Origin: Clostridiales bacterium
GTDB taxonomy: Bacteria > Bacillota > Clostridia > Oscillospirales > CAG-272
Direction of reading: 5' to 3'
Assembly: GCA_012841635.1 (NCBI GenBank)
Contig: DUUJ01000123.1
Coordinates: forward strand, 23,902-87,901
Length of the DNA stretch: 64,000 bases
Part shown: in pieces, positions 23,267 to 32,357 of the stretch
How the letters are laid out: every line of letters begins with the position of its first letter
Numbering within the stretch: the first letter of the stretch is position 1
The notes under the pieces: generated by a model
Told to the model about the DNA's origin: nothing
Databases searched by the model: none
Seen by the model: only the letters and a program-made list of their open reading frames with translations
Made by a program: the position numbers and the translations under genes

Positions 23267-25396
23267 ATGGATATTATAAAAACTCTTGCGGAAGAACTGA
23301 AAATACCGATCGACAAAACCGAAGCGGCTGTCTCGCTTTTGGACGAAGGCAACACAATACCTTTCATCGCCAGATATCGCAAAGAGCGCACCGGCTCGAT
23401 GGAAGATAAAACTCTCCGGGATTTAAGCGACCGGCTTGAATATCTGCGCAAGCTCGAAGAGAGAAAAGCGGAGGTGCTGGATTCAATAAGCAGTCAGGAA
23501 AAACTCACCCCAGAGCTTGAACAGAAAATAGCTTCGGCCGGGACACTCACTGCCGTTGAGGATTTATACCGCCCCTATCGGCCGAAGCGGCGAACCCGGG
23601 CTTCGGATGCGCGGGATAAAGGCCTTGAAGACCTGGCTCTTGCAATATATGCGCAGCTTGACAGCTATTCGCCGTCCCTAAATGCAATGGCTGACGGATT
23701 TATCGATCCGGATAAAGGAGTGGAGACAAGAGAAGACGCTTTCAGCGGTGCCCGCGATATAATAGCGGAAGATGTCGCCGATTCGGCCGAACTGCGCGGA
23801 GAGCTGAGGGTGATGACATGGGATTACGGCAGGATACATGCGAAAAAAGCCGGGGACGGCAATCCTGTGTATGCGATGTATGACGATTATTCGGAACCTG
23901 TCAGCCGCATTGCGGGACACCGTATTCTCGCCATGAACCGGGGAGAAAATGAAAAGGCGCTCAGAATAAGCATTGAGCTTGAAGACGAAATCGCGCTTAA
24001 CTGGCTGCTTATGAAAACCGTTTCTTCCAAAGTCTCTCCGGCGAGAAAATATGTCGAAGCGGCGGTGCTTGACAGCTATGACAGACTGATAAAGCCGTCG
24101 ATTGAACGCGAGATACGTTCAACGCTTACCGACAACGCATCAACCGGTGCGATCGGAGTTTTCTCCGATAATCTCCGCGGACTGCTTATGGGCGCTCCGC
24201 TGAAAGGCAAAACGGTTATGGGCTTTGATCCCGGATACTACAACGGCTGCAAGCTTGCCGTTGTCGATGAAACCGGAAAGGTACTTGAAACTGCTGCTAT
24301 TTATCCACATCAGCCGCAGAAGAAAACCGATGAAGCTGCGAAGACTATGAAGAAACTGATAAGGGATCATCGTATTGAAGTCATCGCTCTCGGCAACGGC
24401 ACAGCCTCGAAGGAAAGCGAAATCTTTATAAGCAATCTGCTCAAAACCATCCCCGAAGAGGTAAAGTATGCTATTGTTTCGGAGTCCGGCGCTTCTGTCT
24501 GGTCAGCTTCCGAAGATGCGGGAGCAGAGCTGCCGGATATGGACGTTACCAGGCGCTCTGCCGTTTCCATTGCAAGACGTCTCCAGGACCCTCTGGCTGA
24601 GCTTGTAAAGATCGACCCTAAAGCCATCGGCGTCGGACAATATCAGCATGACCTGCCGCAAAAGGAACTTGACCGCGCGCTTGACGGTGTCGTTGAAGAT
24701 GTCGTAAACGAAGTCGGCGTTGATGTGAATACAGCTTCATATCAGCTGCTTTCGCACATTTCCGGGCTGAATTCAACCGTTGCCAAGAATATAGTAAAGA
24801 AACGCGGCGATACCGGCGGGTTTAAATCAAGAGCGGAACTCAAGGAAGTACCGCGGCTCGGTGAGCGCACCTTTGTTCAAAGCGCCGGTTTTCTGCGCGT
24901 TCCCGAATCAAACGAGATACTCGACAATACCGGCGTTCATCCGGAATCTTATCCCGCGGCAAAGGAGCTGCTCAAAAGGTTCGGATATACCGCAGCAGAT
25001 GTCCGGGAGGGACGGCTGTTTGAGCTGAGAGCGAAGATCATCACTGCGGGTGCCGAAGATATCGCAGAATCGCTCGGGATCGGCCTGCCGACGTTGAATG
25101 ACATAGTCGGAGAGCTTGAAAAGCCGGGGCGAGATATCCGCGATTCCCTGCCGAAACCGGAGCTGCGCGCCGATCTGATGGATTTGGATTCGCTTCATCC
25201 GGGAATGACGCTCAGCGGAACGGTCAGGAATGTAACCGATTTCGGCGCGTTTATTGATATCGGCGTTCATACCGACGGACTGCTTCACGTTTCGAAATTC
25301 GGCCACACAAGACCGGAGGTCGAACAGCCGATCCGCGTTAAAGTGCTCAGTGTCGATAAAGAACGGAATCGAATTGGTCTTGACAGGGCTGAGTAA
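23267..25396 (+). CDS. tex: Tex-like transcription accessory protein (YqgF/HHH/S1 domains)
   Basis: ORF 23114..25396 trimmed to ATG 23267 (MDIIKTLAEELKIPIDKTEAAVSLLDEGNTIPFIARYRKERTG, the canonical Tex N-terminus). The C-terminal S1 domain is GMTLSGTVRNVTDFGAFIDIG. Confidence 0.92.
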   Translation: MDIIKTLAEELKIPIDKTEAAVSLLDEGNTIPFIARYRKERTGSMEDKTLRDLSDRLEYLRKLEERKAEVLDSISSQEKLTPELEQKIASAGTLTAVEDLYRPYRPKRRTRASDARDKGLEDLALAIYAQLDSYSPSLNAMADGFIDPDKGVETREDAFSGARDIIAEDVADSAELRGELRVMTWDYGRIHAKKAGDGNPVYAMYDDYSEPVSRIAGHRILAMNRGENEKALRISIELEDEIALNWLLMKTVSSKVSPARKYVEAAVLDSYDRLIKPSIEREIRSTLTDNASTGAIGVFSDNLRGLLMGAPLKGKTVMGFDPGYYNGCKLAVVDETGKVLETAAIYPHQPQKKTDEAAKTMKKLIRDHRIEVIALGNGTASKESEIFISNLLKTIPEEVKYAIVSESGASVWSASEDAGAELPDMDVTRRSAVSIARRLQDPLAELVKIDPKAIGVGQYQHDLPQKELDRALDGVVEDVVNEVGVDVNTASYQLLSHISGLNSTVAKNIVKKRGDTGGFKSRAELKEVPRLGERTFVQSAGFLRVPESNEILDNTGVHPESYPAAKELLKRFGYTAADVREGRLFELRAKIITAGAEDIAESLGIGLPTLNDIVGELEKPGRDIRDSLPKPELRADLMDLDSLHPGMTLSGTVRNVTDFGAFIDIGVHTDGLLHVSKFGHTRPEVEQPIRVKVLSVDKERNRIGLDRAE

Positions 25397-25412
25397 TAAA
25401 ACGGATAATAAA

Positions 25413-25480
25413 ATCCCCCTTGAATTTGAATGAGCTGTATAATTCGATTCTGCCATTCAAGTTCGGGGGATTCTGTTTAT
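25413..25480 (+). terminator. terminator-like long hairpin after tex
   Basis: ATCCCCCTTGAAT pairs with ATTCAAG(TTC)GGGGGAT across a roughly 29-nt loop. The tail TCTGTTTATCTT is T-rich. Confidence 0.4.
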
Positions 25481-25513
25481 CTTCAATAACAAGCCGAAAC
25501 AATCCGACTAATG

Positions 25514-25539
25514 AAAAAAGCTCCGTTTAACCGGAGCTT
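25514..25539 (-). terminator. intrinsic terminator after tRNA-Gly
   Basis: The minus strand reads AGCTCCG-GTTAAA-CGGAGCT followed by TTTTTT. Confidence 0.75.
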
Positions 25540-25541
25540 GT

Positions 25542-25616
25542 TGGAGCGGGTGATGGGAATCGAACCCACACATTCAGCTTGGAAGGCTGACATTCTGACC
25601 ATTGAATAACACCCGC
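25542..25616 (-). tRNA. tRNA-Gly (anticodon UCC), CCA encoded
   Basis: I folded the 75-nt minus-strand sequence GCGGGTGTTATTCAATGGTCAGAATGTCAGCCTTCCAAGCTGAATGTGTGGGTTCGATTCCCATCACCCGCTCCA by hand. It has a 7-bp acceptor stem, D stem ATTC/GAAT, anticodon stem TCAGC/GCTGA with loop CTTCCAA, and a T arm with GTTCGATTC. Confidence 0.93.
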
Positions 25617-25632
25617 ATCGGAGCGTTTTTAT

Positions 25633-25661
25633 ATTATATCACACTCCGAGGATTTTGTCAA
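25633..25661 (-). promoter_or_regulatory. consensus sigma-70 promoter for tRNA-Gly
   Basis: The minus strand reads exactly TTGACA, 17 nt, TATAAT, ending about 16 nt before the tRNA 5' end. Confidence 0.6.
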
Positions 25662-25698
25662 GAGGTAATTTTTTTGGTTTTGGGGATCATGCGGAAAA

Positions 25699-26424
25699 TT
25701 ATTCCGCATTCGCGGCAAGCCATGCGTAGCTTCGCTTTATGTCCTCAAGACCGTTCGGAGTCGGGAAATCGTTTTCGAGGGTAAGCCATTCGATACCGAT
25801 TTCTTTTGCGGTTTTGACGATTGTTTTAAGATCGTTCTGTCCCTCACCGAGCGCGCAGGGGGTTCCGTTGACGCCGTCTTTTATATGCATCGCAACTATC
25901 CTGTCGCGATTCTCAAGCATGACTTTGCGGGTATCGGCTTTGGCGACAAATGACCAGTAGGTATCTATCTCAAGATATGCGCCGGTTTTCAGCACATCTA
26001 TCGGAAGACGGCCGGATTCAAGCGGGAAGAATTCTGTTTGATGGTTGTGATAATAGAATTTTACGCCTTTATTTTCGCCGTACTTGTTTGCCCACTTGAA
26101 GATAAGCGCGGTTTTCTCCGCTTCGGCGTCGGTGCTGTGCGGGCCGCCGCCGGTACCGATTAGATTCAGACCGAGAGCTTTGTTAAAGGCGATGGTTAAA
26201 TCGATTTTGTCCGGCAGAAAAGCGTCAACTCCGACCAGATTTCCGGTTACTATCAATCCGGAATCGTCGCAGAGCTGCTTTAAAGTCACCGGGTCATAGC
26301 CATATGTACCGGCAAACTCGACTCCTTCGTATCCTGCTTTGCGTACTTCGGGCAGTATGCGCTTTAACCCCTCGGCATCCTTTATTTCGCTGCGAAGAGT
26401 GTAGAGCTGAACCGAATATTTCAT
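25699..26424 (-). CDS. sugar phosphate isomerase/epimerase (xylose isomerase-like TIM barrel)
   Basis: 241 aa with a GGAGG SD. AP_endonuc_2-type pattern: MKYSVQLYTLR...AGYEGVEFAG...YHNH...HIKD. Confidence 0.78.
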   Translation of the reverse strand: MKYSVQLYTLRSEIKDAEGLKRILPEVRKAGYEGVEFAGTYGYDPVTLKQLCDDSGLIVTGNLVGVDAFLPDKIDLTIAFNKALGLNLIGTGGGPHSTDAEAEKTALIFKWANKYGENKGVKFYYHNHQTEFFPLESGRLPIDVLKTGAYLEIDTYWSFVAKADTRKVMLENRDRIVAMHIKDGVNGTPCALGEGQNDLKTIVKTAKEIGIEWLTLENDFPTPNGLEDIKRSYAWLAANAE

Positions 26425-26507
26425 GGTGCAGACCTCCTAATTAATTTATGTGTGGATTTATGATATCACACTTCTTGTGATTTGTCTATATCATTTTAAA
26501 AATCGGT

Positions 26508-27389
26508 TTAGTTTTCGCGCAGCAAATCTCTGAGACCTCTGACTTTGCCGGATTTATCGTATGAGCTCCAGGCGACCACTCTGTCGCGATTAAGGTTTAC
26601 GTCAATAAGCTGATCAAAGGCGCCGCTGCAGCAGAAATGCCCTTCTCCGGGCTGTATCCAGAAACCGAGCGAATAACAGCCGTCTTTTGTATTATGATTC
26701 GTTGCAAGATCGATCCATGCTTTTGATATGACTCTTTTCCCGCCGTATACTCCGCCGTCCCGGAGGAGCCTGCCGAATTTTGCCATATCCACGGTGCGCA
26801 AAAACAGCCCGGTAGCGCCCATACAGTGTCCATGTGCGTCGGCTGCCCAGGCGTGAGACTGGTATTTCAGCGGGTTAAACAATTCATTCGATAAAAGTTT
26901 ATTCGTATCGGTACCGGCGAGTTTTTCCACTATTCTTGCGGCGAGATAATAGTTTGAGTCGCTGTAGCAAAAATGTGTTCCCGGCTCGTATACAAACGGC
27001 TCGCGCAGGACATTTCTTATAAGGTCGGAGTGGGGATAGCTCCAGAGATCCTCGCTGTCCATATCAAGGAAAAACCGATTGACCCCGACTGTCTGATCGA
27101 AGACCATTTTTATCGTGACATTTTTCCAGGTATCATTTATATCTTCCGGATAATCTTCGGCAAAAAGGTCGTATACAGAACTGCCGTAATCGAGCTTCCC
27201 GTTGTCAAACAGAAGACCGGAGGCGAATGAGGTATAACTTTTTGAAACGCTGTAAATATTGTTCGAGTCGTTTGCCGGATTCAGTTCGGCGGTCAAAACA
27301 TTGTTTCCGACAATTTCTGCTATTCTGAAAACCGGCAGATTTTCCGATTTTACTTTATCACTGAGCTTTCCGATTATACTGTTTTGCAT
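26508..27389 (-). CDS. serine hydrolase, beta-lactamase/transpeptidase fold
   Basis: The ORF begins with GTG at 27398, and the likely start is ATG 27389 with AGGTGA 5 nt upstream. It has the SxxK motif (SVSKS) and a YxN-like motif (YSDSNY). There is no signal peptide. Confidence 0.75.
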   Translation of the reverse strand: MQNSIIGKLSDKVKSENLPVFRIAEIVGNNVLTAELNPANDSNNIYSVSKSYTSFASGLLFDNGKLDYGSSVYDLFAEDYPEDINDTWKNVTIKMVFDQTVGVNRFFLDMDSEDLWSYPHSDLIRNVLREPFVYEPGTHFCYSDSNYYLAARIVEKLAGTDTNKLLSNELFNPLKYQSHAWAADAHGHCMGATGLFLRTVDMAKFGRLLRDGGVYGGKRVISKAWIDLATNHNTKDGCYSLGFWIQPGEGHFCCSGAFDQLIDVNLNRDRVVAWSSYDKSGKVRGLRDLLREN

Positions 27390-27406
27390 ATATTTCACCT
27401 TTAACT

Positions 27407-27589
27407 TTAATCATTTTGGTCTTTCGGTGTTTTAATATTACAGTCTTCCCTTTTTCTCATCGGACAGCTGCCGCAATCGCCGCCGCAGGTAAATCGCTTG
27501 CCTTTTTTATGGCGTTTTACCATTATTACGACGGCAGCCGCGCACCATGCGCAAAGCAGCAAGATAAGGATAATGTCTATATATGACAT
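27407..27589 (-). CDS. FeoB-associated Cys-rich membrane protein
   Basis: 60 aa with one N-terminal TM, then the cluster CGGDCGSCP. It lies directly downstream of feoB, as is typical of this family. Confidence 0.8.
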   Translation of the reverse strand: MSYIDIILILLLCAWCAAAVVIMVKRHKKGKRFTCGGDCGSCPMRKREDCNIKTPKDQND

Positions 27590-27593
27590 AACT

Positions 27594-29603
27594 TCATACC
27601 ATGAATAAACCGGCTATCTGATAGACGATGAATGCAAAAATCCATGCCGTAACGCATTGAAACACGGCGACACCTATTCCCTTAAACTTTGAGTGAAGTT
27701 CTCGGCATATAGCAGAGACCGCTGCCACACAGGGAGTATAGAGCAGCGTGAAGACAAGAAAGCTGAGTCCTGAGCGCGCCGTAAAGAGCTGTGAAATCGC
27801 ATCTGCGACTCCTCCCGACTCGGAAGTCAAAATACCCAAGGTAGAAATAACCGATTCCTTTGCAATAAATCCGGTAATAAGCGAAGTGGAAATACGCCAG
27901 TCACCGAACCCCAAAGGAGTGAAGATCGGTGCTATAAAAGCTCCTACCGAGGCAAGAATCGAAGATGACTGAGATTCAACTGGATTCATGCGGATGTCAA
28001 AGGTCGAAAGAAACCAGATCACAAGCGTTGCGAAGAATATAATGGTAAACGCTTTGGTAATGAAGTCCTTTGCTTTGTCCCAAAGCAGCATTGCAACGGT
28101 TTTCGGCGACGGGAAACGGTAATTCGGCAGTTCCATAACAAACGGTACCGGATTGCCGCGATACATTGAATGGTTCATCAATAAGGCTATGAGAACCCCA
28201 ACGAGGATCCCGAATACATAAAGCCCTATCATGACAAGCGCGGCATAATCAGGGAAAAGCGCGGCGGAGAAAACTGCGTATATCGGTATCTTTGCGGAAC
28301 ATGACATAAACGGGGTCAGGAGTATCGTCATTTTACGGTCGCGCTCGGAAGAAAGAGTCCTTGTCGCCATTACCGCCGGAACGGTGCAGCCGAAACCGAT
28401 AAGCATCGGGACTATCGAGCGGCCGGAAAGGCCGATTTTTCGCAGCGCCTTATCCATTACGAAAGCGATCCGCGCCATATAGCCGGTATCTTCGAGAACG
28501 GACAAAAAGAAAAACAAAACGACAATAATGGGCAGGAAGGAAAGCACCGAACCGACACCCGCAAAAAGTCCGTCGATTACAAGGGATTTTGCTATCTCGT
28601 TTGTCCCGAAGGATGTAAGCGCGGTATCCGTGACGGCGGAGAGTGCGTCAATACCGCTTTGCAGAAGGTCCTGGAGGAATTTGCCGATTACATTGAAAGT
28701 CAGATAGAATATCAGCAGCATCACCCCGAAGAATATCGGGATCGCGGCGTATTTATTCGTCAGCACCAGGTCGATTTTCGCGGAACGGAGATGTTCCTTG
28801 CTTTCACGAGCTTTCACCACGGTTCCGAAGCAAACCGATTCAATGAAGGAATACCTCATATCCGCCAGCGCGGCGTTACGGTCGAGACCGTGTTCTTTTT
28901 CCATCTCGACTATCGAGTGGCCGATAAGGTCAAGTTCGTTTTTGTCAAGGTCAAGCCGGCTAATTATATCGGTATCATCGCCTTCAATAAGCTTTGACGC
29001 CGCAAAACGCAGAGGAATATCGGCGCATTGCGCATGGTCTTCGATAACATGACAGATGGCGTGAATACAGCGATGAATGGGCCCCGGGGAACAGAAATCG
29101 TATATCTTCGGCAGTTCGCGTTTGCTTGCGGTTTCATATGCCACTCTGACAAGCTCGTCTATGCCTTCGTTTTTGGCGGCGGATATCGGCACGACGGGTA
29201 TCCCGAGACGCTCGCTCATCATTTCTATATCGATGGTTCCGCCGTTGGAACGCACCTCGTCCATCATATTGAGCGCCAGCACCATCGGGATGCGAAGTTC
29301 TATGAGCTGCAAAGTCAGATAAAGGTTTCGTTCGATATTGGTAGCGTCGACAATGTTGATTATTCCGTCCGGCTTTTCGTTGAGAATGAAATCCCGCGTT
29401 ACCGTTTCTTCGGTTGAATAAGCGCGGATCGAATATATGCCCGGTAGGTCGACGACTTCAACGTCTTTATAACCGCGGATAAATCCGGATTTTGATTCCA
29501 CTGTGACGCCGGGAAAGTTGCCGACATGCTGATTCGAGCCGGTAAGCTGATTAAAGAGGGTTGTTTTGCCGCTGTTCTGATTTCCGACTAATGCAAATAT
29601 CAT
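27594..29603 (-). CDS. feoB: ferrous iron transporter FeoB
   Basis: 669 aa. N-terminal G domain (GNQNSGKTTLFN, DLPG) followed by a polytopic permease domain. Confidence 0.94.
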   Translation of the reverse strand: MIFALVGNQNSGKTTLFNQLTGSNQHVGNFPGVTVESKSGFIRGYKDVEVVDLPGIYSIRAYSTEETVTRDFILNEKPDGIINIVDATNIERNLYLTLQLIELRIPMVLALNMMDEVRSNGGTIDIEMMSERLGIPVVPISAAKNEGIDELVRVAYETASKRELPKIYDFCSPGPIHRCIHAICHVIEDHAQCADIPLRFAASKLIEGDDTDIISRLDLDKNELDLIGHSIVEMEKEHGLDRNAALADMRYSFIESVCFGTVVKARESKEHLRSAKIDLVLTNKYAAIPIFFGVMLLIFYLTFNVIGKFLQDLLQSGIDALSAVTDTALTSFGTNEIAKSLVIDGLFAGVGSVLSFLPIIVVLFFFLSVLEDTGYMARIAFVMDKALRKIGLSGRSIVPMLIGFGCTVPAVMATRTLSSERDRKMTILLTPFMSCSAKIPIYAVFSAALFPDYAALVMIGLYVFGILVGVLIALLMNHSMYRGNPVPFVMELPNYRFPSPKTVAMLLWDKAKDFITKAFTIIFFATLVIWFLSTFDIRMNPVESQSSSILASVGAFIAPIFTPLGFGDWRISTSLITGFIAKESVISTLGILTSESGGVADAISQLFTARSGLSFLVFTLLYTPCVAAVSAICRELHSKFKGIGVAVFQCVTAWIFAFIVYQIAGLFMV

Positions 29604-29875
29604 TCAGCGGCACCTCCCGCAGGAACCTTATATTCATCGGTAAGAGGCTCTATTTCGATCAGCGCCGCATCGGCAAGACGAATGGTCAGTTCATAGTCTC
29701 TCAGTCTTATCTCAACAGGGTCTCCCAAAGGCGCGGTTTTTACTACCTTTACCTTCGTTCGGGGAATCAGCCCCATATCAAGCAGACGGCAGCGCAAAGC
29801 GCCTTCCCCGCCGACTGCGGTTATAACTCCGACCGATCCGGGCGGCTGTTTATCAAGCGTCAAGTCATCCACCAC
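29600..29875 (-). CDS. feoA: ferrous iron transport protein FeoA
   Basis: FeoA-like SH3 pattern: GSVGVITAV...RLLDMGLIPRTKVKVVKTAPLGDPVEIRLRDYELTIR. Its stop overlaps the feoB start. The start is uncertain: the track uses GTG 29875, and TTG 29863 has a better GGTGG SD. Confidence 0.8.
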   Translation of the reverse strand: MVDDLTLDKQPPGSVGVITAVGGEGALRCRLLDMGLIPRTKVKVVKTAPLGDPVEIRLRDYELTIRLADAALIEIEPLTDEYKVPAGGAAE

Positions 29876-29939
29876 TTTCAGTTTTATTTCTCATATTTTA
29901 ACATTCATCCGGTTTGATTTCAACCGGTTATTATTAATT

Positions 29940-31151
29940 TCAGCCTGCTTCCGCTGCATCTGCTTCCGGTTCCGGAATTCCCAGAAATCTCGTCCACAAA
30001 TTGTGGCTGACCAGCGCGTGCGCCGCGCGCTTTGCCGTACCGTCTCCGCATCCGAGTACGATAAGAACATAATATTCTCCGTCTTTTCTTGCAAGAGTTG
30101 CCATGCACTGTTTTGCCGGAACCGTATATCCGGTCTTTCCGCCCAGAACATACCCCAGATCAAGCCCTTCCTTATCATAGTTTCGTTTTATAGTTGAAAC
30201 TACATATATTCCGTCAGGATGATAGTTGGTAGGAGAACCGTTATAAGTGAGGGTCGTTAAAAGGTCATACAAAATCTGGTTTTTCAATACATAGTATATA
30301 AGCTTATAAAGATCATTGGCAGTCGAATAATGATTTATATCGTTGAGACCGGTACAGTTGGTAAAATGAGTGTTATCCATCCCGAGCTTTGCTGCGGTAT
30401 CATTCATCAGCTTAACAAAATCCTGCTCGGACCCCGACACGAGCTTTGCAAGCCCCAACGCCGCATCGGCACCGGACGGCAATACCAGGCAATACAGCAG
30501 ATCCCGGGCAGAAATCGCTTCACCCGCAAAAAGACCCGCCGTTGAAGCGTTGTTTGCCTTAGCATAGGCGACCATGTCTCTGTCAATCATGATTTTGGCT
30601 TCGAGGTCCGGAATGTTTTCAACGGCTACTATTGCCGTCATGATTTTTGTAAGAGATGCCGGATAAACAACCTCATCGGGATTTTTTTCCGCTATTACAA
30701 CTCCGGTTGTGACATTTACCAAAAGCGCATTCTGACATTCGGTCTCGTCGCCCAGAATTTCCGCCGGAATTATCGGTATCGTTGCGGCGGCAGGCAGCTC
30801 CTCAACACCGGTAATAAGCGCGGTTTCGGTGATAAGGACCTCGGTATCTTCTCCTGCTTTGTTTAACACGGCGTATATTCCGATGCCTATAATACCGACA
30901 ACCACACAAGCCGTAAGCACGAGAGCCAGGAAAGCGCCTCCGGATATGCCTTTTTTCTTTGGCTTTAATTTCGGCGAATCTTCGGGAAGAAAAGCGTTTA
31001 TTGCAGGCTTCTGCCTGCGCCCCGGTGCGATATTTTGCGAATTCGGATTCCCCTGTCTGTTTGTCCTTATATACTCGTTATTTCTGTTTTTATTCCCGCT
31101 GCCGTTCATCTTTTCAGACATTCTCCTTACTTGCTTCTGTTTCGGACTCAT
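29940..31151 (-). CDS. D-alanyl-D-alanine carboxypeptidase (peptidase S11), N-terminal basic tail plus TM
   Basis: Motifs SxxK (PASLTKIMT) and KTG (GGKTGYT). The SxN position reads SGA. The start is uncertain: ATGs at 31151, 31121 and 31109, of which only 31109 avoids overlap with the upstream recombinase gene. Confidence 0.82.
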   Translation of the reverse strand: MSPKQKQVRRMSEKMNGSGNKNRNNEYIRTNRQGNPNSQNIAPGRRQKPAINAFLPEDSPKLKPKKKGISGGAFLALVLTACVVVGIIGIGIYAVLNKAGEDTEVLITETALITGVEELPAAATIPIIPAEILGDETECQNALLVNVTTGVVIAEKNPDEVVYPASLTKIMTAIVAVENIPDLEAKIMIDRDMVAYAKANNASTAGLFAGEAISARDLLYCLVLPSGADAALGLAKLVSGSEQDFVKLMNDTAAKLGMDNTHFTNCTGLNDINHYSTANDLYKLIYYVLKNQILYDLLTTLTYNGSPTNYHPDGIYVVSTIKRNYDKEGLDLGYVLGGKTGYTVPAKQCMATLARKDGEYYVLIVLGCGDGTAKRAAHALVSHNLWTRFLGIPEPEADAAEAG

Positions 31152-32160
31152 CGGAAACTTTCAGACTTCCGGGCTTTGGCGCTTTGATATCGGAAAGCGG
31201 GTTCGACGACATCGCCTTCTCCATCTGTTCATTCGAAACATGAGTATATATCTGTGTTGTATTGAGCTGTTCATGACCTAATATATCTTTAAGCACACGG
31301 ACATCGACGCCGCCCTCTCTGTACATCAGAGTCGCGGCTGTGTGTCTCAGTTTATGCACCGAGAAATTCCGATTGCCGAGTCCAGCGAGTTCAAGATATC
31401 GGTTGACCATCCACTGAACGGTTTTGTTCGATATTCTTGAGTGGCGCGAGCTTATGAACATCGCGTCGCGGCTGTCCGCTTTTATCTGATTGTCTTTTGC
31501 TCTGACTGCGAGCCAGGCCCGAAGAGCGCTGCGGCAGGCGTCGTTCAGATATATAACGCGCTCTTTTGAACCTTTACCCAACACTCTCAGCGATTTTAAC
31601 TCGGGATCGGTATCGCTCAGATTTATCCCGCAGAGCTCCGAAAGACGCATGCCGCAATTCAGGAAAAGCGTGATAATGGCGTAATCGCGTTCCCTTGTTG
31701 CCGAAGAGGTATCGTTTTTAACCGTATCTAAAAGCTTTATGCATTCTTCGAGCTCAAGATATTTAGGCAATGCCGGTCTTACTTTTGGAGTTTCGATATC
31801 TGCAGCCGGATTGGTTTTCAGCTGTCTCGTCGTTACCGTCAGATATTTGAACAGCGATTTTAACGAAGAGAGCTTCCTTGCCCTCGCCTTCGAACCGTTT
31901 TTTCGGTCGTTTGCGGCGTAAACAAGAAACTCGAGAATGTCCGCTCTTGTGACCGAAGCTATTATGCCGACGTCAAGTCCGCTGATGTCGGTCTGAGACA
32001 AGAGTTCCGCCGTCGGCTTTTTCCCGGACCTTGATATTACAAGCCATTTCAGAAAAAGAGTAATATCCAGAAGATACTGTTCAACGGTAAGCTCCGAGTC
32101 GGCTTTGATCACAAGGCGGTGTCCTCTGTATTCCTTTAAAAATTCCGGAAGCATTTCCAT
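31114..32160 (-). CDS. tyrosine recombinase, XerC/XerD type
   Basis: 348 aa. It has the N-terminal SAM-like core-binding domain and catalytic residues: RLSELCGINLSD (Arg), HKLRHTAAT (H-x-x-R), LGHEQLNTTQIYTHV (His and Tyr). A C-terminal tail of about 35 aa follows. Confidence 0.85.
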   Translation of the reverse strand: MEMLPEFLKEYRGHRLVIKADSELTVEQYLLDITLFLKWLVISRSGKKPTAELLSQTDISGLDVGIIASVTRADILEFLVYAANDRKNGSKARARKLSSLKSLFKYLTVTTRQLKTNPAADIETPKVRPALPKYLELEECIKLLDTVKNDTSSATRERDYAIITLFLNCGMRLSELCGINLSDTDPELKSLRVLGKGSKERVIYLNDACRSALRAWLAVRAKDNQIKADSRDAMFISSRHSRISNKTVQWMVNRYLELAGLGNRNFSVHKLRHTAATLMYREGGVDVRVLKDILGHEQLNTTQIYTHVSNEQMEKAMSSNPLSDIKAPKPGSLKVSDESETEASKENV

Positions 32161-32357
32161 AATAAACCTGTTTTTGTGATAATTTCCGTTTTTGACACTA
32201 AAAGTTTTTCCATTTTTTAAAAAACGATTTCCTATCGTTCAAAAATAAGAGGTTATATTCATTTATTTATATGTTATAATAGAAATATGGTCACAGCGGC
32301 GAAAGTACCGCACGGACTTTTTTCTGCGATAATTTATAATGAAGGTAAGACAATATC

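Noticed and set aside
25689-25709. A perfect 8-bp hairpin, ATGCGGAA-AATTA-TTCCGCAT, spanning the isomerase stop codon, considered as a terminator.
   Set aside because: On the transcribed minus strand it is followed by GATCCCCAAAACC rather than a U tract. It may stabilise the mRNA 3' end, but it is not a canonical intrinsic terminator.
26508-27389. A beta-lactamase-family ORF as an antibiotic resistance gene.
   Set aside because: It has no signal peptide and carries only the generic SxxK/YxN serine-hydrolase motifs. This fold is widespread in esterases and amidases, and nothing here supports beta-lactamase activity.
29876-29939. A Fur box, or an operator related to the CCGGTTGA motif, upstream of feoA (AACCGGTTGAAATCAAACCGG and ATTAATAATAA).
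   Set aside because: The match to the Fur 7-1-7 consensus is weak. The CCGGTT inverted repeat is equally well explained as the carboxypeptidase gene's 3' hairpin. The resemblance to the 55.3-55.6 kb motif is only 8-10 nt and could be chance.
25542-32160. tRNA-Gly plus a tyrosine recombinase 5.5 kb away as a possible integrated genomic island.
   Set aside because: The recombinase is not adjacent to the tRNA. The tRNA 3' end points away from the intervening genes. I saw no direct repeat of the tRNA 3' end. The intervening genes (feoAB, carboxypeptidase, isomerase) look like ordinary chromosome, and the recombinase has XerC/D-type features.
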